From NCBI GenBank assembly GCA_905331295.1, contig CAJNYD010000459.1, positions 350,975 through 414,974 of the forward strand: DNA of 64,000 bases, in the 5' to 3' direction. This DNA is from Rotaria socialis (taxonomy: Eukaryota). The translations under genes and the position numbers were made by a program. Positions 11,059-25,087 of this stretch are shown in pieces; within the stretch, counting starts at the first letter, position 1, and each line of letters starts with the position of its first letter. Under the pieces are notes generated by a model. That model worked only from the letters and a program-made list of their open reading frames with translations, searched no databases and was not told the origin of the DNA.

Positions 11059-11198
11059 TCCCTGTGCTGGTATTAATTTAAGATTTTCAAAAATCTTTCT
11101 TAGGAATTGATGGTAAATACATCTAATTATCATAAGTGCTAAACTTATTCAAAATAAAAATATATCTGCCAGTACCATATCATGTGTCCTACCACTAT

Positions 11199-11890
11199 CA
11201 GAGATGCGAATGAGCAGAAAAAAACTTCAATGAAGTTCAGATGAAGTGAAAAGAATGTTATAATGTAATTTTATATGCTATCCATTCTTTTACGATGTTT
11301 ACTGTCTGACAATGTCAGTTTTCTATCCGCTACACTTGTGTATATCATGACGTTTTTTTTTTGCGCACTCTAAAACTAAGCGCATGCATCAATTGTCTAC
11401 AATCTGTTATGTTCGAAATTGCAGTAACGTCAAGCATTTTCTAAATAGAAAGTCATTGAGCGCCCACCATCCTTACATAGTACTTGAAGTTAAATATCAT
11501 GACTCCAGTGTGAGCTCATTATGACAGGGGTTGAGTGTAGTGTAGATAAACAACATAATTTACGAGAAAATTTTGTGCAACGGGTAGTACATAATAAAGG
11601 CTGATCCAAGTTTAACATAATTAATGTTGAAAATAAAATTATAATAGACTACTCAGATAAACACATTACAGATGGAAAAAATGAATCTGTAGCAAAATTG
11701 TACTTCTACAAGTGAATCTCACTAGTGTTGTGATTTATCAAAATTGATAATTTAGAACTAAATGAAGCGTGAATTCCATCGCAGCTTATAGTAAGTCTTT
11801 GGACATAGAGACATTAGTTACAAATTATAATTATAAAAAACTTCACAAAAACTAACCTAATCTTTGGAGAAACGCCACCGTCATACTAAA
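11199..11890 (-). pseudogene. Decayed hAT transposase fragment
   Basis: Minus-strand fragments YKLRWNSRF (RWNS-like hAT motif, ~11775) and WWALN (~11460), plus a hAT-like terminus CAGAGATGCG at ~11199. Multiple stops. Confidence 0.35.
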
Positions 11891-12132
11891 TAAAATACTG
11901 TATACTCTATTGCAACTCTCTCTCTCTTTATATACTGTAGAAGAATGCACTGGAAATTATTGTAAATACTACTATCTATATTTGGAAATCATGACAAATA
12001 ACTTTCAAACATATTTTATATAATAACTGATTTTGTTAATCAAAAAACAGGAAAATAAATATTATGTTTTATGAAATTTTATTTGTTTGCAATAAATATG
12101 TGTTTGTAAGTTCTTTCATTATTTTTCTTCAG

Positions 12133-14672
12133 ATGTCTATCGAAAACACAATACTTTCGATTGATAATCAACTATCAACATCGTTCAATGAAATCGCTGA
12201 TATTGAAGTTGAAAATTTCTTTGGTTGCTATTTATTAAATAGTTTGAATCCAGCTTGTAAAGGTCGGACTTATATTGGTTTTACTGTTGATCCTCATCGA
12301 CGAATAAAACAACATAATAAAGGCAAAGATTTTGGAGGAGCAAAAAAGACCAGTGGAAAAGGACCATGGTAAGTAAAACAAATGTTTTCTGTTTGTTTTT
12401 CATTAAAAACACTTCAACACTATTAGGGAAATGGTCTTAATTGTACATGGCTTTCCAAATGAAATAACAGCATTACGCGTAAGAGTGAACATTAGGTATA
12501 AAGGATTAGAAAATATTCGTGATTTTTATAGTTTGAATGGGCATGGCAAAATCCTGAACAATCTATACGTCTTAAACATTTAAATTTATCAAAAAACAAA
12601 AGGAAACACACTTTACAATTTAAATTGAAAATTCTTGCTGAAATGCTTTGTATTGGTCCATGGGCACGTTTGCCACTTACAGTTCGATGGTTATCAGACA
12701 AAAAACAAGTACTAGAACGAATGCCACCATTGCATATGCCTATAACAAGTGGACCAATTAATGTTTCCAAACAAACGAATACAATACCATCGAAACGAAA
12801 AAAAACGAACAAGCAAACTTTACCAATAAATGACGATTCACGATGTTTTAGTTCTTGTTCGTTATGTAACAATATTATACAAGTATGTAAAAGGCTATTG
12901 TCTATTCTATTCAATACTGTGAAGTCCAACAAGTGAAATACGAGAGTTTATTTTAGTAGCATAAGCACATCGTAAAAAAACTGCAGCCGATAGATGAGAG
13001 TAATCTGTAGTTTTTTTAATTTTTGAACATAAAAAGTCGAGAACAATTATTATCGCTTCAAGATTGATTGATTTCGAAAGAGGAACTGTTGAAAAATTGT
13101 TATTCAATTTTAAATGCAATTATCTTTTTTGTTTTAAATTAAAGAAAGAAATTTTTTTTAAGTATACAAACAAACTACAAAGTCAAAGTTAATTAGGAAA
13201 GTATAGATAATGAACTCTCAATGGGATGTCCTCATTCAGCAGAGCATAATTTGACGTTAGCAGTTTTTTTCTTTTATTTCGTTTTAAATTAATAATTTCT
13301 TATCGAAGAATAACATCATCAAACTATTTCAGAAATGTTACCAACTCTTTTTTATCGGCTGTTTATCATTTGAAGAATCATTAATCAAATACCATTGCTA
13401 GACATTTTCGATGAAATAGCTTTATATTTTAGTAAATTTTATTTTTGATACTCTCGTGCAAAGAAAATAGAAAAAGTCTGGTGATCGATTTCAATATTTG
13501 TTTTTGAATACAACTACGCAGAAAACTTATAGAAACCTTGAAATTTCATTTCTGTTTATTTTTCATCAACATTCACATTAAATCAAACAGAAAATATGCT
13601 CAACCTTTTGATGTCGAAATTTCTTCTAAGAGTAGAAGAACTTTGGTTTCGCCAAGGACATAAAAGGTCACAGACGAATAATCAATTATCTAAGATTTCA
13701 CTGAACAATATAAAATTCAATAGTTGCAGAGTTTGATAGAATGTGTTTAAACTTTGTAGGATTCTTCATGTAACTCTCTGATTACCATTTTGAGTCTACG
13801 TCATAGTATAGATTTGATTAAATTGCCATTTTATTTGCAGTTAGATAAGAAGATTTATTGTAAGCGTAACTTTCTAATGCGAAAGTAGTGACATAATTCT
13901 GTACGTCTTCAAGTACTAAGATAATCTACAAATTCTGATTGAACTCTGAACACGTAATACTTTCTTGTTCACCTGATAAGCATTCGTCGTAATATTATCT
14001 AACGATATCGTACGTTGAGTATTAGAATAATAATGAATAGGTAACAATATATAGTCATTGTGAAAGCATAATAAATTATTTGAAAAATAAAATAGTTGTG
14101 TACGATTAGTAATCCCCTCGCGAACAATCTGTAGAATAGATAATTTCAACTTTGTTGTTTTAGAAAGTATCGAATTATTTCCTTGTATATAATCTTGAGA
14201 ATTTAATGTTCATCTAGTAGATCAAAATTCCGTTTTCATAAAATCGAAAAGTTTTGCAGTATATTTTTTTTTTGTTACCAAAAATGTAGTGCATCGAAGG
14301 TAAGAGAAAAAAAATAGTATGTTTAAACAGTATGATAAAATAAGACTAGTAAATAAAGGCAATGATAAAGCGTCATTTGTGGAGACGAAAATATAAATAT
14401 TTTAATATCGGACTTTGTTCTTATTTTAGCCACCAATGCACGTATCTTGCCCAAAATGTTCTATATCTTTTCATATTATATGTTTATCAAAATGTTTTCT
14501 TAAGAATACTGAAGAACATTATATTATTCCTATTGATGGTTTATGTCCTTCTTGTAAAAAGAATTTACTATGGGGTGAAATTATACAAAATAAATATACA
14601 AATAGATCATGTGCATTACCAATAGTCACACATTCTGATGAATCAGATGACGATGACGATGTTATTCAGTAA
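12133..14672 (+). CDS. SLX1: Structure-specific endonuclease subunit SLX1 (GIY-YIG nuclease with C-terminal RING/PHD), 4 exons
   Basis: FFGCYLL...[17 protein letters not shown]...[34 protein letters not shown], followed by C-terminal CSLC...CPKC..FHIICL...CPSC..LLWGEII. Long intron ~12883-14429. Confidence 0.94.
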
Positions 14673-17600
14673 TTTTCATATCAAACTGTATGTTTCTTTA
14701 ATTAGTATATACTATGTGGTTATATACAATTCAAATGTCTATTTTCTCGTTTTCTTTATGTTATTATCAAATTCTCTGTTCTGTCAGGTTTTTTTTGTTT
14801 GTATCTTCTAATTAAATCTCTCTCTATTAAATATAGAGCATGTATTTTCTACTAGATTGAATATCCTATGTATAATAAACAATTAAGAGTGCCTGTTAAA
14901 AACAAATCATCAATCTTCAATGATAATCATTCATGATGATCTTAATAATTAATAAGAATTCTTTTGTTCATTCGATAGTTAAACTTAAATTTAAATCTAT
15001 CATTCTATACTAGTATTAATCAATGAGATATCCAGGACAAAATTCTATTCAATGATTTGATTCTACAAATGCCAACCATAATGCTTATTCAACATTGATT
15101 GCTTTTATTTTTGTTGTATTTATTCAGAAAAAGAAAACATTGATTTTCGAGTTTGTTGACATGTTTTATAAATAGATCAAATAACAATATCGTCTTATTA
15201 CAGAACGGCAAGTATAAAAACCATGCAGGGTAAAATTTGAAATCAGTGATGGTGTACAAGACGCGGATATTTTCCAGCAGCTTAAAATCAAAAATAAGTA
15301 CGATGCACTTTTCACTGAATATCAGCATTACAAATTTGCTGATTTTTATTTGTTCTCTTACATAATAAAATATTTCGGATAATATTTGACTAGAAAACAA
15401 ATACTAAATATTGATCGCAAAACTAATATACACGACTAAAATGTCCTTCTCGGTCAAATTTGTGGCAAAAATAGCAAATGACATTCGATTCTAATTTTGT
15501 TTTTTGTTGTCTCGACAGTCTTCGCAGTCAATCATGTCTATATACTAAGGTTATTTTTCTGCAATGAGAACAGCATGAACAAACTCTTAGTTCTTTTCGC
15601 CAAGCTCATTGATTGATATTAAAAAACAAAATTTCATACAATCAGATTTCCGATGAATTAAAGCTATTATTAATAGTAGACAATAATTACAATATTGAAT
15701 TAAATTCTATTCATAAAATGTTGACTCACAATTTAAAGTACTTCATTGTTTTTACAAAATATCAACGGAACATTGAAGTTTTTTTTACCTTTGAAATGTT
15801 GTCTTTCATATGACTATTTACAAAGTCCAGAACTATCATAAATAAAAGTTGAATATTTATTTTTCTTGCATATAAACAAAAAACTTTGCTATGTGACGTG
15901 TTAGATAGTTATGTTTACCTAACTCTTTATTTCTTCAAACCAACGCTAACTAGAATCACTTTTACAACTCCAACAACTTCTCCTTTACTTTACTTCATGC
16001 ATATGTTAAACCAATTAGTCAGTCTCATGACCAATAGAGATAACAGAAAGAAGATAGGTAGTGGTCAAAGATAGCACTACTGCCTAACATCATGATCATC
16101 AGTTAAAATTCTTGTTGTTATCGAGAGGGATCTGAATGTGTAGGGAAAAAAAGATTCTTCTTCGATCTGTTTTATTGTAAAAGTTCGTTTGAAAAAAATA
16201 AAAACAAGCTGTCAATTCATGAGACATGCACACTATCATATGCAAAAAACTTTGAACTCTTTCAAAACCAGGTGATATTATGTTTTATTCGAAGTTATCA
16301 CATAGATAACCTGGCAAGATCATTTCGCCTTATTTTTTTTATATAATTACTGTGGACTTGATAAAAATATATTTTTACCAGCAAAATCAGAAAAAAAGAA
16401 GCACAAGGTCAAAGTAATTTCGACACAATTTGCATCAAATAAATCATAACTAGATGGTATTCAAGTGAAACTTGAATACGAATGCGATACGAAACTTGAA
16501 TCGGATCTTCACGAAAAATCTTCAATTCAGAGAAATCTTGAATACTTTTTATGTCGACATGATGAAATTCATCACTGAGAAAACTATTCTTACTTAGCGA
16601 TACATTCTTACGGGTCGATTTCGATTGATCGATTAATTATCTCCATGATTCACTATCTTAGATCAGCTGTAAATGAATAGACTATAGTGACTAGCATATG
16701 TTCGTGACGTCACTTTAATTATCTCGCGATAAATTTCTTTCATTTTCGTCATTTTGGAACCACACTTGTGAGTGAACAGAATATCAGATTAAAGAATAGA
16801 AAAAATATGTCAGAAGTTTGATCTCGATACTTTCATCGCCCGTTTCAATGAATTCTCTATGATTTTTTGGTACTCAAGATCATCGCGTCACAAAATGATG
16901 AAAAAGATGCGTATGTCGAGAAAGCAAAAGAAAAAGAAAACACGCGACGGGCTACATAAATGCTATGCTTCGCATCGCATCGCATTAAAAATATCCAATA
17001 GATTCGTTTTTTTCTTCTAGATGTTATCTTTTAAAATCATAGATCATACTGACATTAAAATAATTATTGTAGCGTTAAACGAAATATCTTAGAACATTTT
17101 GTTTTAAAAGAATTCTAAGTAATAATGAATCACTTCTAATCTGTCTTGAAATTCCAGCAGTCTTTCTCATTCAGTTATCTCAAAGAAAAAAATTCTTATA
17201 CTAGCTTTATGATAAAAAAATATCTTTACTGTCTCAGAAGGAAAAAAAAACATGAAATAGTGAGAGCAATGATTACGATTTGTAAGGATTCTTGGCAAAT
17301 ATTAGCTATTGTCAGAACGATAGTATGAAATATAAGCTTCATAGACGACCTATATATAGTGTAACAGAAAATGGTCTACTTTATTACATGATCAAAAAGG
17401 CATGGCATTTATTGAAAAAGAAAACAAGATTGGTTGAGAGCATATAATTTCAAATATTCGTTTTTATTCTGATGAAAAAACAAATTGATAGACTGCAAAG
17501 CACTAGTAGCTATGTTGATGAAGTCTTTTGACAGTCTTCTTTTTTTTATTATTTTTAATAGTTCTTTCAACAGATGCATTAAAAGTCATCCTCGTTGTCA

Positions 17601-18888
17601 CGTTGCTCTTGAGAATATGTATAGAGAGAGAGAGATTGCGCATAAAAACGTGAGAATCATGTTTTATGATTGAATTGATACCATCACATACAATTTTACA
17701 GTGTCATACAAATAGCTGGTCAAAAAAACACCAAATTTACCTTTCGAATTTCGAAGTAATTACAGTATAGACTAAGGACAGTGACAGACATTATCAATCA
17801 CTCTTTTTGTTTATGTTTTAGACAAATGTGAAATTAATTGATGAAAATAGAAATTAGGCGATAAAATAGTCGTATGGATTCGAAATATATTAATATCGAT
17901 AGACGAGGTTTATTTACAAAATAGATTTTTAATGACCAATTTTGACCTTGGTAAGATGATTGATCCTAATGCAATTTATTTGATCTATTCCGTTAGCAAA
18001 AAACATCATTTATTTTGGTATGATGATGTGAATTTTATCTGGAGGAAAATGTTTCGTAATTTTTAGCAAAAAAACAATTATTTTTTTTTGATTAAATATT
18101 GATTTTTTCGATAATTAACATTCACTTCTTCTCAAGGCATTTTATAAAAGGGTAGACTCTAAATACCATGCCGTTATAAAGTCTATTTAGGTATGAAGTT
18201 TTTGTGGCATAAGATATTTAAATGTTTCTTTTAATTTTTTGAGTCCTATTTTTCTTTTTTTTTGCATCTTCAATGAGGTCACTGTAACCTAACGTTTCTT
18301 TCTCCGATTTATGCTTCGAGCAATATTTTTCTGATGACACTATAAGCTAAAATACTTTTTAATGTATAAAATAAGCATTTCACTTAATAAAATATTTTAA
18401 TATCAATTTTTTCTTATTTTGATTAATTCAATAACGACAATAATTAATTTTACATATGGGGGCTGTTTTTTTCTCTACAATTATTTTTTAAAACGTTATT
18501 AAAGTTTTATCGGGCCATTTTTCTTATAGCTAATTACTATTATGTGTCCTTATGCCTAAATATTTTGTATAGCTAAATATTTATTAAAAACACATGATGA
18601 GCACTGCCATATAAAATACGCTAGAAAAATAACACTTCAGTAAATACTATATTGTTCAACTGAAGTGATATGTCAATGAAGACATGAACGGTATAAATGA
18701 TTAATCAAATTGTTCTTTTGTTTACCTATGGTTCATGATATTTTCTATGAACGAGCGTATGCTCATAAATATCTCGATTTTATGAAAAATTAAAAAATTA
18801 AATTGCTAAACAGAAAATTTAAAAAAAAACAAAGGAAAGAAAAAAGAAAATTATGATGAGCAGGAATAAGCGAAAAACATATTTTTTC

Positions 18889-19617
18889 TTAATAAGTTAC
18901 GATATTTATTTCACTAATTGTATTTATACTATTTGATGGAGATTGATGAAAGATTTGTTTTAATAATGATAAACATGTTACAGTTGATGATGATGTTGAT
19001 CGTACTGTAGAACTCCTCCTCGTTTTAGCCGTCGTTTTGGATGAAAAAATATTATTTAATATTAAATATTTACTTCTTCTCGAATTTCTTCGTAGTTCAT
19101 TTTTGTCATGTTGCGGGCTATTTTTGTTGTTTTCATCTACAAGTCGATCATCCATTTTTAACAAAAGAATAGAATGATCAAATATAACCGGAAAATAATC
19201 GAGTTTAAATGAACATGGGTGGAAATGTATGAGTGCACCACGCTGGCAAGAGTATAGATCAAATTTATTAGGTAACAATGGTGGTAGATGATAATTTAGT
19301 AAGGCACGCAATTGTTCGATTGTTTTATCAGATGATATAGTAAATGTTATATGAGAATGATCGGATAATCTTTCAGCTGTTATTGTAATAGATTTCCTAT
19401 AAAACACACATATTATTATAAAATTCATATGTACGCGAAGAAAACATAATAAACAATTTTTTTCTCTAACGTTATAAAATAACCCAGTAGACTTTTTTCA
19501 GCGTTTACAGAGAATAAAGTTTAGAATGACTTACGGGTCAACTTTGGTTCGTCGAGATTTCTTCATGTTTTTGCAACGCTTATAGCATTGTTTTGTATAA
19601 ACGTCTAATTCATCCAT
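18889..19617 (-). CDS. Uncharacterised protein, 2 exons (possible ubiquitin-like fold followed by a basic Ser/Thr-rich tail)
   Basis: Exon 1 MDELDVYTKQCYKRCKNMKKSRRTKVDP (ATG 19617, donor GTAAGT at 19534) joins in phase to the long ORF KSITITAERLSDHSHITFTISSDKTIEQLRALL...; stop at 18889. The fold assignment is a guess. Confidence 0.65.
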
Positions 19618-22334
19618 ATTAAATAAATATAACGATCCAAATCAATGTTAACGTATGACGGCTGTTATTTACTAGGCGTTTCGTCGTATTCTGGTTTTAT
19701 TTTTTTTTTGTTGCCGGTTCTTTTAAAAAGTATTTTTCGTGTGATTTATCATTCTTCGTCAATAACGTAAAACTTGCGAGTGTGATGAGGCGACGAATGA
19801 AATATGCAAGCAACAACAATACGGAAAATAAACCAACGAATAATAATAAACGAATCGATACTTCCTTTTATTAATTCCAATATAAAGTAGAAATAAATTT
19901 ATCTAAAGTAAAGGTTAAAAAGCGATAGAAACCGTAGTGTCTTACAGCAAGATTTGTATGCATGCAAATTATTGCACAGCGATATATTTTTTTCACAGCG
20001 TTTTTACTTTATACGTTGTTCTGCCTATCAACAGAATGTTTTGACCCTGATGAGATGTAATGTTGACAGCGGTATGAAAGAGAGAAGAAGAAAAGAAAAA
20101 AGACCATTGCGAGTTTGTTGTAAGAAAACACAAGTCGTACACATAAAACATCATTGTTAGGTTACTGTGACCTATCATTAATTATTTCCCATAGATAAAA
20201 GTAGATTGGTAATTATTATTAACTAGCAAAGTCTATGATTGATTTCTAAATCTATTGCCTAGTATCTTGAAACAAAATGTGGATATAATTTTTTCCTCAT
20301 AATTTCTTTAATGAGATTAGAATTTTCTTTTCTTTTCGCTATTTATTCGGATAGCATTTATCGACATGCGATAAAAAAAACATCTCTATTTTTATTAGAA
20401 AAAAAAAGATAATGATATTTATTAACAGTTTGAGTTATTTAATTACACCGTTAAAATGCACGTAATAGAATACGTTCTTCTACTTTCGACTTGTTAGTAT
20501 CAAAGAGCTATGATCCTTGGTAATGTATTGAGTTTTCTGAAAGAAGAATTCAGGTTAGGACACGGTGACTTTACAATGATTGAGTGTAATCACATTAAAA
20601 TTATTTGATCTAATTGTAGACCTTGGTTTTATTGTAAATAGAAAACATGAAATATAAGGAAGCAGTTTTTATTTGTTCAGATCGGTTTACTTTGTGATTC
20701 GTTTTCTATTTTAAAAACAATCGATCAGAAATTAAAACAGCTAAAACTTTGAAATTGTTTATGATGTTTACAAGGAAAATTTTATAATACTATTAATTAT
20801 ATAATAAGGGCTCAATTGTCAGGTATTGTGCTTAGTTTGATGTCTATGGCAAGTATGACTTTTCTTTTATTTAAGTAGATCTATAGAGAATGTAAGATGG
20901 CTTTTTCTTCTCGAAAAAAATCTAACTCAAATTTTAATTAACAAAGAGGGTCACTGGTGGTAAACTTTTGTCTGTTACAGCTGGAGAACAGTCTTGTTAA
21001 TAAGAAAAAATGGCACTCTTATATCACAAAATGAAAATAAAAATTGACTATCATTCATATTTAATTTAATTTCGACTAATGGATATTTGTTATATAATTA
21101 TTCGATTTTATTTGTTTACTTTTTAGAAAATTAAAAGTAGGAAAAATTTCAGGAAAAATAAAACAGAAAGTATATCGATTAAAAATACAATTAATTATCA
21201 TAGAATTAATTTTGAATTCTTAGAACTCTACTGTTATGATCTCTCAGAGAGAAAAAAAGCATGTTAGTGTGCATGGACAGGAGAATTTATTTTCATGATT
21301 GAAACAATTAAGATAACTGAGAAACTTATTAGAACTGAAATTATTTCATTTGATATATATATATATAAGAAGCTTAAAATTAATAAATCACTATTCTTTT
21401 CTTTTCTTACTTGAAACTAGAAGGCCAATTGAAGAAATCTTGCATGACTCAATTTTATTTTTGATTACTAAATTAAATTTGCTAACTAAAAACAAATAAA
21501 GCAGTAATTTGATTTTTAATCGAATAGCAAAACTAAAGTCTATTTTGTTCTACTATCATTGAAGCATTTTATGTTTTTGCGAGGCAGACATTGTTTACTG
21601 ATTATTATTTTCAATGAAATTCTATCCACATAAAACATCAAATATGATGTCTGTTTCCTTACTAAAGTATATATTCGGTATCAATTTATTCAAGAATAAA
21701 TTATCATGTATAATAAAGCGAATGATGTTCGTCTGCTTAACGCAGAGTTTGTTACTCGTTCGTCCACGAAATCAATTCATTGGTTTAATACTGCTTAGAA
21801 TTGTTAATGGATGTGTTGATAGCTGTCAATATCGCTGGTTGCTAATACCAAAAAAGAAAATCTGCATCATTTCGGTTTATTTTAAAAGCTGTTAGCATAC
21901 TAATGAATTATTTCATGATTTCGGATATTTCATTGTTCACTAGATAACTCTAAGTATACAGAGAAATCTATATAAAAATATGTTATTTTTACTTGTAAAA
22001 ACATTAGTGAAATCACGGATTTATATCATGCATTAGGATGGTAAATAAAACTTCTAATGTCATGTATCAATGTAATGTTCGTTATTTGTTCTTGATACTT
22101 CAAGCAAATTTTCATGCATGATATAACTCACATTATTGCATAATAAAACGGGCCATGATGTGTAAAATCGAAGTCCTGTTTCTTTTATTGTATTTATCTA
22201 GCTGGCAAGTTGAATTAAATATTAATATATGATAATCATAAAAAAAATTGAATTTTGTAAACTAAAAAGGCCTGGCATATATGTGACCATATTCGAATAA
22301 AACCAATATCGAACATATAATTTTTTTGATATTT

Positions 22335-23089
22335 CGGTTGGCCGTAGAACGGCCGAAAGGAAAAATATCGAAAGGAAAAATACCGAAAGAAAAACACCGA
22401 AAGAAAAATATCGAAAGGGAAAAATGTCGAATGGATAAATGTCGAAGAGAAAAATGTCGAAAAGGAAAAATGTCGAAAGAAAAATATCGAAAAGGAAAAA
22501 TGTCGAAAACAGAAAAGATAAAAAAAGCGACGTCTACTAAATGAAGGTTCTAATAGTTTGTTGTTCATTGTTGTTGATCTGATTATTCCATTGGTTTGAC
22601 AATGATAACCCTTGATACTATTGATAAGTAATATCTTATGAAAACTAGCTAAAATAGGCGTAAAATAGTATACAACGATTAAAATTTTATCATGATGACT
22701 ACAGCTTGCTCATTTTTATCTGGTGAGAATCATCCGCCAACTCCAGTTATTTCATTTATTCAGTCGTAAAAAGGAAAACCTTTCCTTGTATCAGATAAAT
22801 ATATTTTCAAACTGAATACAACAGCAACAACTAGTAAATATTGGATATGTGTATTTTTCTTTATAACTCTTATTTATCTATGATCTATGCTATGATGCTA
22901 TTATGATTTCAAGAATAAAAACATCTTAGTGCAAATTTTCGATATTTTTCCCTTTCGATATTTTTTCTTTCGATATTTTTCCTTCGACATTTTTCTTTCG
23001 ACATTTTTCCTTTCGTCATTTTCTATATTTTTCCTTTCGATATTTTTCCCTTTCGACATTTTTCCTTTCGGTCTTTCTACGGCACACCG
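22335..23089. mobile_element. Foldback-type non-autonomous DNA transposon with modular TIRs
   Basis: Termini CGGTTGGCCGTAGAA / TTCTACGGCACACCG, each followed by ~150-170 bp of tandem 15-16 nt CGAAAGGGAAAAAT(A/G)T units in inverted orientation. Flanking direct repeat ATATTT (22329-22334, 23090-23095). Confidence 0.8.
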
Positions 23090-23254
23090 ATATTTCAATG
23101 GAACTCTGCCGATGTCTATTGTATTCGCTATCGAATAAATAGAAAAAAAATAATAGCCAGACAAGAAAAAAGTATCAAGGTGAATAGTTGTCATGTGGAT
23201 GTAAAAATAGTTCTAGCAATTCAAAATCTCGAACCACTCAAGTGTTGATGAGTA

Positions 23255-23511
23255 GGAATGGATGGAAAAAGGCAGAAAGGGAAAATGTCGAAAGGGAAAA
23301 ATATCGAAAATAAAAATGTCGAAAACAAGAATATGAGGTGAAAATGAACATTCAAGATTGGACCTGTGGGTAAGAAAGACTTGTACTTCAACGTACTCTC
23401 ATTTTCAGCATTTCTATTCATCTAAATTTGTAAAATTTTTGTTTTCGATATTTATATTTTCGACATTTTTCCCTTTCGATATTTTTCCTTTCTGCCTTTT
23501 TCCGCCATACC
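23255..23511. mobile_element. MITE sharing the CGAAAGGGAAAAAT subterminal repeat
   Basis: TIRs GGAATGGATGGAAAAAGGCAGAAAGG / CCTTTCTGCCTTTTTCCGCCATACC with flanking direct repeat ATGAGTA (23248-23254, 23512-23518). Confidence 0.8.
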
Positions 23512-25087
23512 ATGAGTAGAAGTCGACCAAATTCAATTCATTTTCCTTTGTTCTGCATCCATATATGTTACTCAAATTCTTTTGAAAAGTTAAGAAATGC
23601 AACGCCCAACTTGATTTGATTTTAATTTTTTGACAAAAAACGAAAGTCTGAAGTAAATATTATTTAACATACTTATAATAATAATAGGAACATATAAGTG
23701 AAAAAAATATGAATTCCTTGTGTAGGGTTCATAATTATTATTACGCTTTACTTGCGTTTAAATACTTGAAAACGTATTTTCAAGTTGCATCATAGATCTA
23801 GTCATTTTCTAGAAACTGTGAAAAGCAGACAGTTCACTTCGTAAATTATTTTAATTTGAAATGTTTCAATCAATGATATTCGACCCGAAAGAAATCAAGA
23901 TAAGGATTTAATTTTATATAAATTGAATAGAATTATAAGCGACTATTTTTATTGTCACATCAAAAATCAACAAGACAAGATTTTCAACCAAATTCTATTA
24001 TTTTTATGCGTGTACTTTTCGACTAAAGAATATATTTATTTTAAGAATATCAACGATTCTAATTATTTAGTTATATCATTTCAATATCACTAAACCTTAT
24101 CTAGAAATTTTTCATTAGGCTGAAAGTCATTTATCAATCATACAATTAATTTTATGATGTTTTAAATATTCATTTATATTAATTTATTTCTTCTTAGAGC
24201 TATGCATATTTGCATGCTGCTGCTAAATTTTTCAGTATTCATCATATTTTAAATAAGGATGATTTATAAAACAAAATATGGGACTCTCAAAGTCATTTGC
24301 ATGTCTATCTAATATAATTGTAGAACTATCTGGCGATTAATCCAATATTCTGTGATGTCATCAAGACCCAGTTGTCATTTAAAAATAATTTTATTCAAGT
24401 TTTTATTTAGTAAATAAATAATTCAGGGAAAAACAAGTTAGTTTATGAGTAGAACTTCTTAGAATCTCTTTGTTCTTTTATCTTCAAGTGATGTATATTT
24501 TTAATTAATTAGTGCAAAAAAAATATTATTTTCTACTTCAAAGCACATCCTCCGGGAAACAGTACAAATGCCGAGCACTTAAGTGGTTAAGGTTTTGCAT
24601 TATTCATTCACGTTGAATATGTATAATATAAGTTTTATCATAAAATAATAAACGCATGTGACTCACATACATACGTATCAAACAAGTCAAAATTAAGACG
24701 AAATAATAGGATAAAAAAGTTTAAATGCAATGTGTATTTGCGTCATACTCACTGCAGTAGGAAAATTTTCTAAAACTAATTTTCCAGCATATAACTTATT
24801 ACTCTTGTAAAAGTAGTTTTACTTTTATTTTCTGTTTTTCTTTATCTCCAATGTGGATTACAATCAAGCTAAAATGATACATAGAAACGCAAAGCTAATG
24901 TTAACAACCCATGAAAAAACAACGTGACTATGAAAACAAGCGCAAAGGAAAAAATGACTCATCGCACTGGGTTTTTTTTAAAGGCAAACATATAAAGAAA
25001 GAAAAATTCTTCAATAGAATAGAAGTCGTTTTCTTAATAGACTATTCTAAAGCAAAGCTTGTTTTCACAAATTATTAAATACGAAAA

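Noticed and set aside
22236..23602. Lys/Arg-rich and Phe-rich ORFs; possible CRISPR-like array
   Set aside because: Products of 15-16 nt tandem subterminal repeats without unique spacers, in a eukaryotic context with no cas genes.
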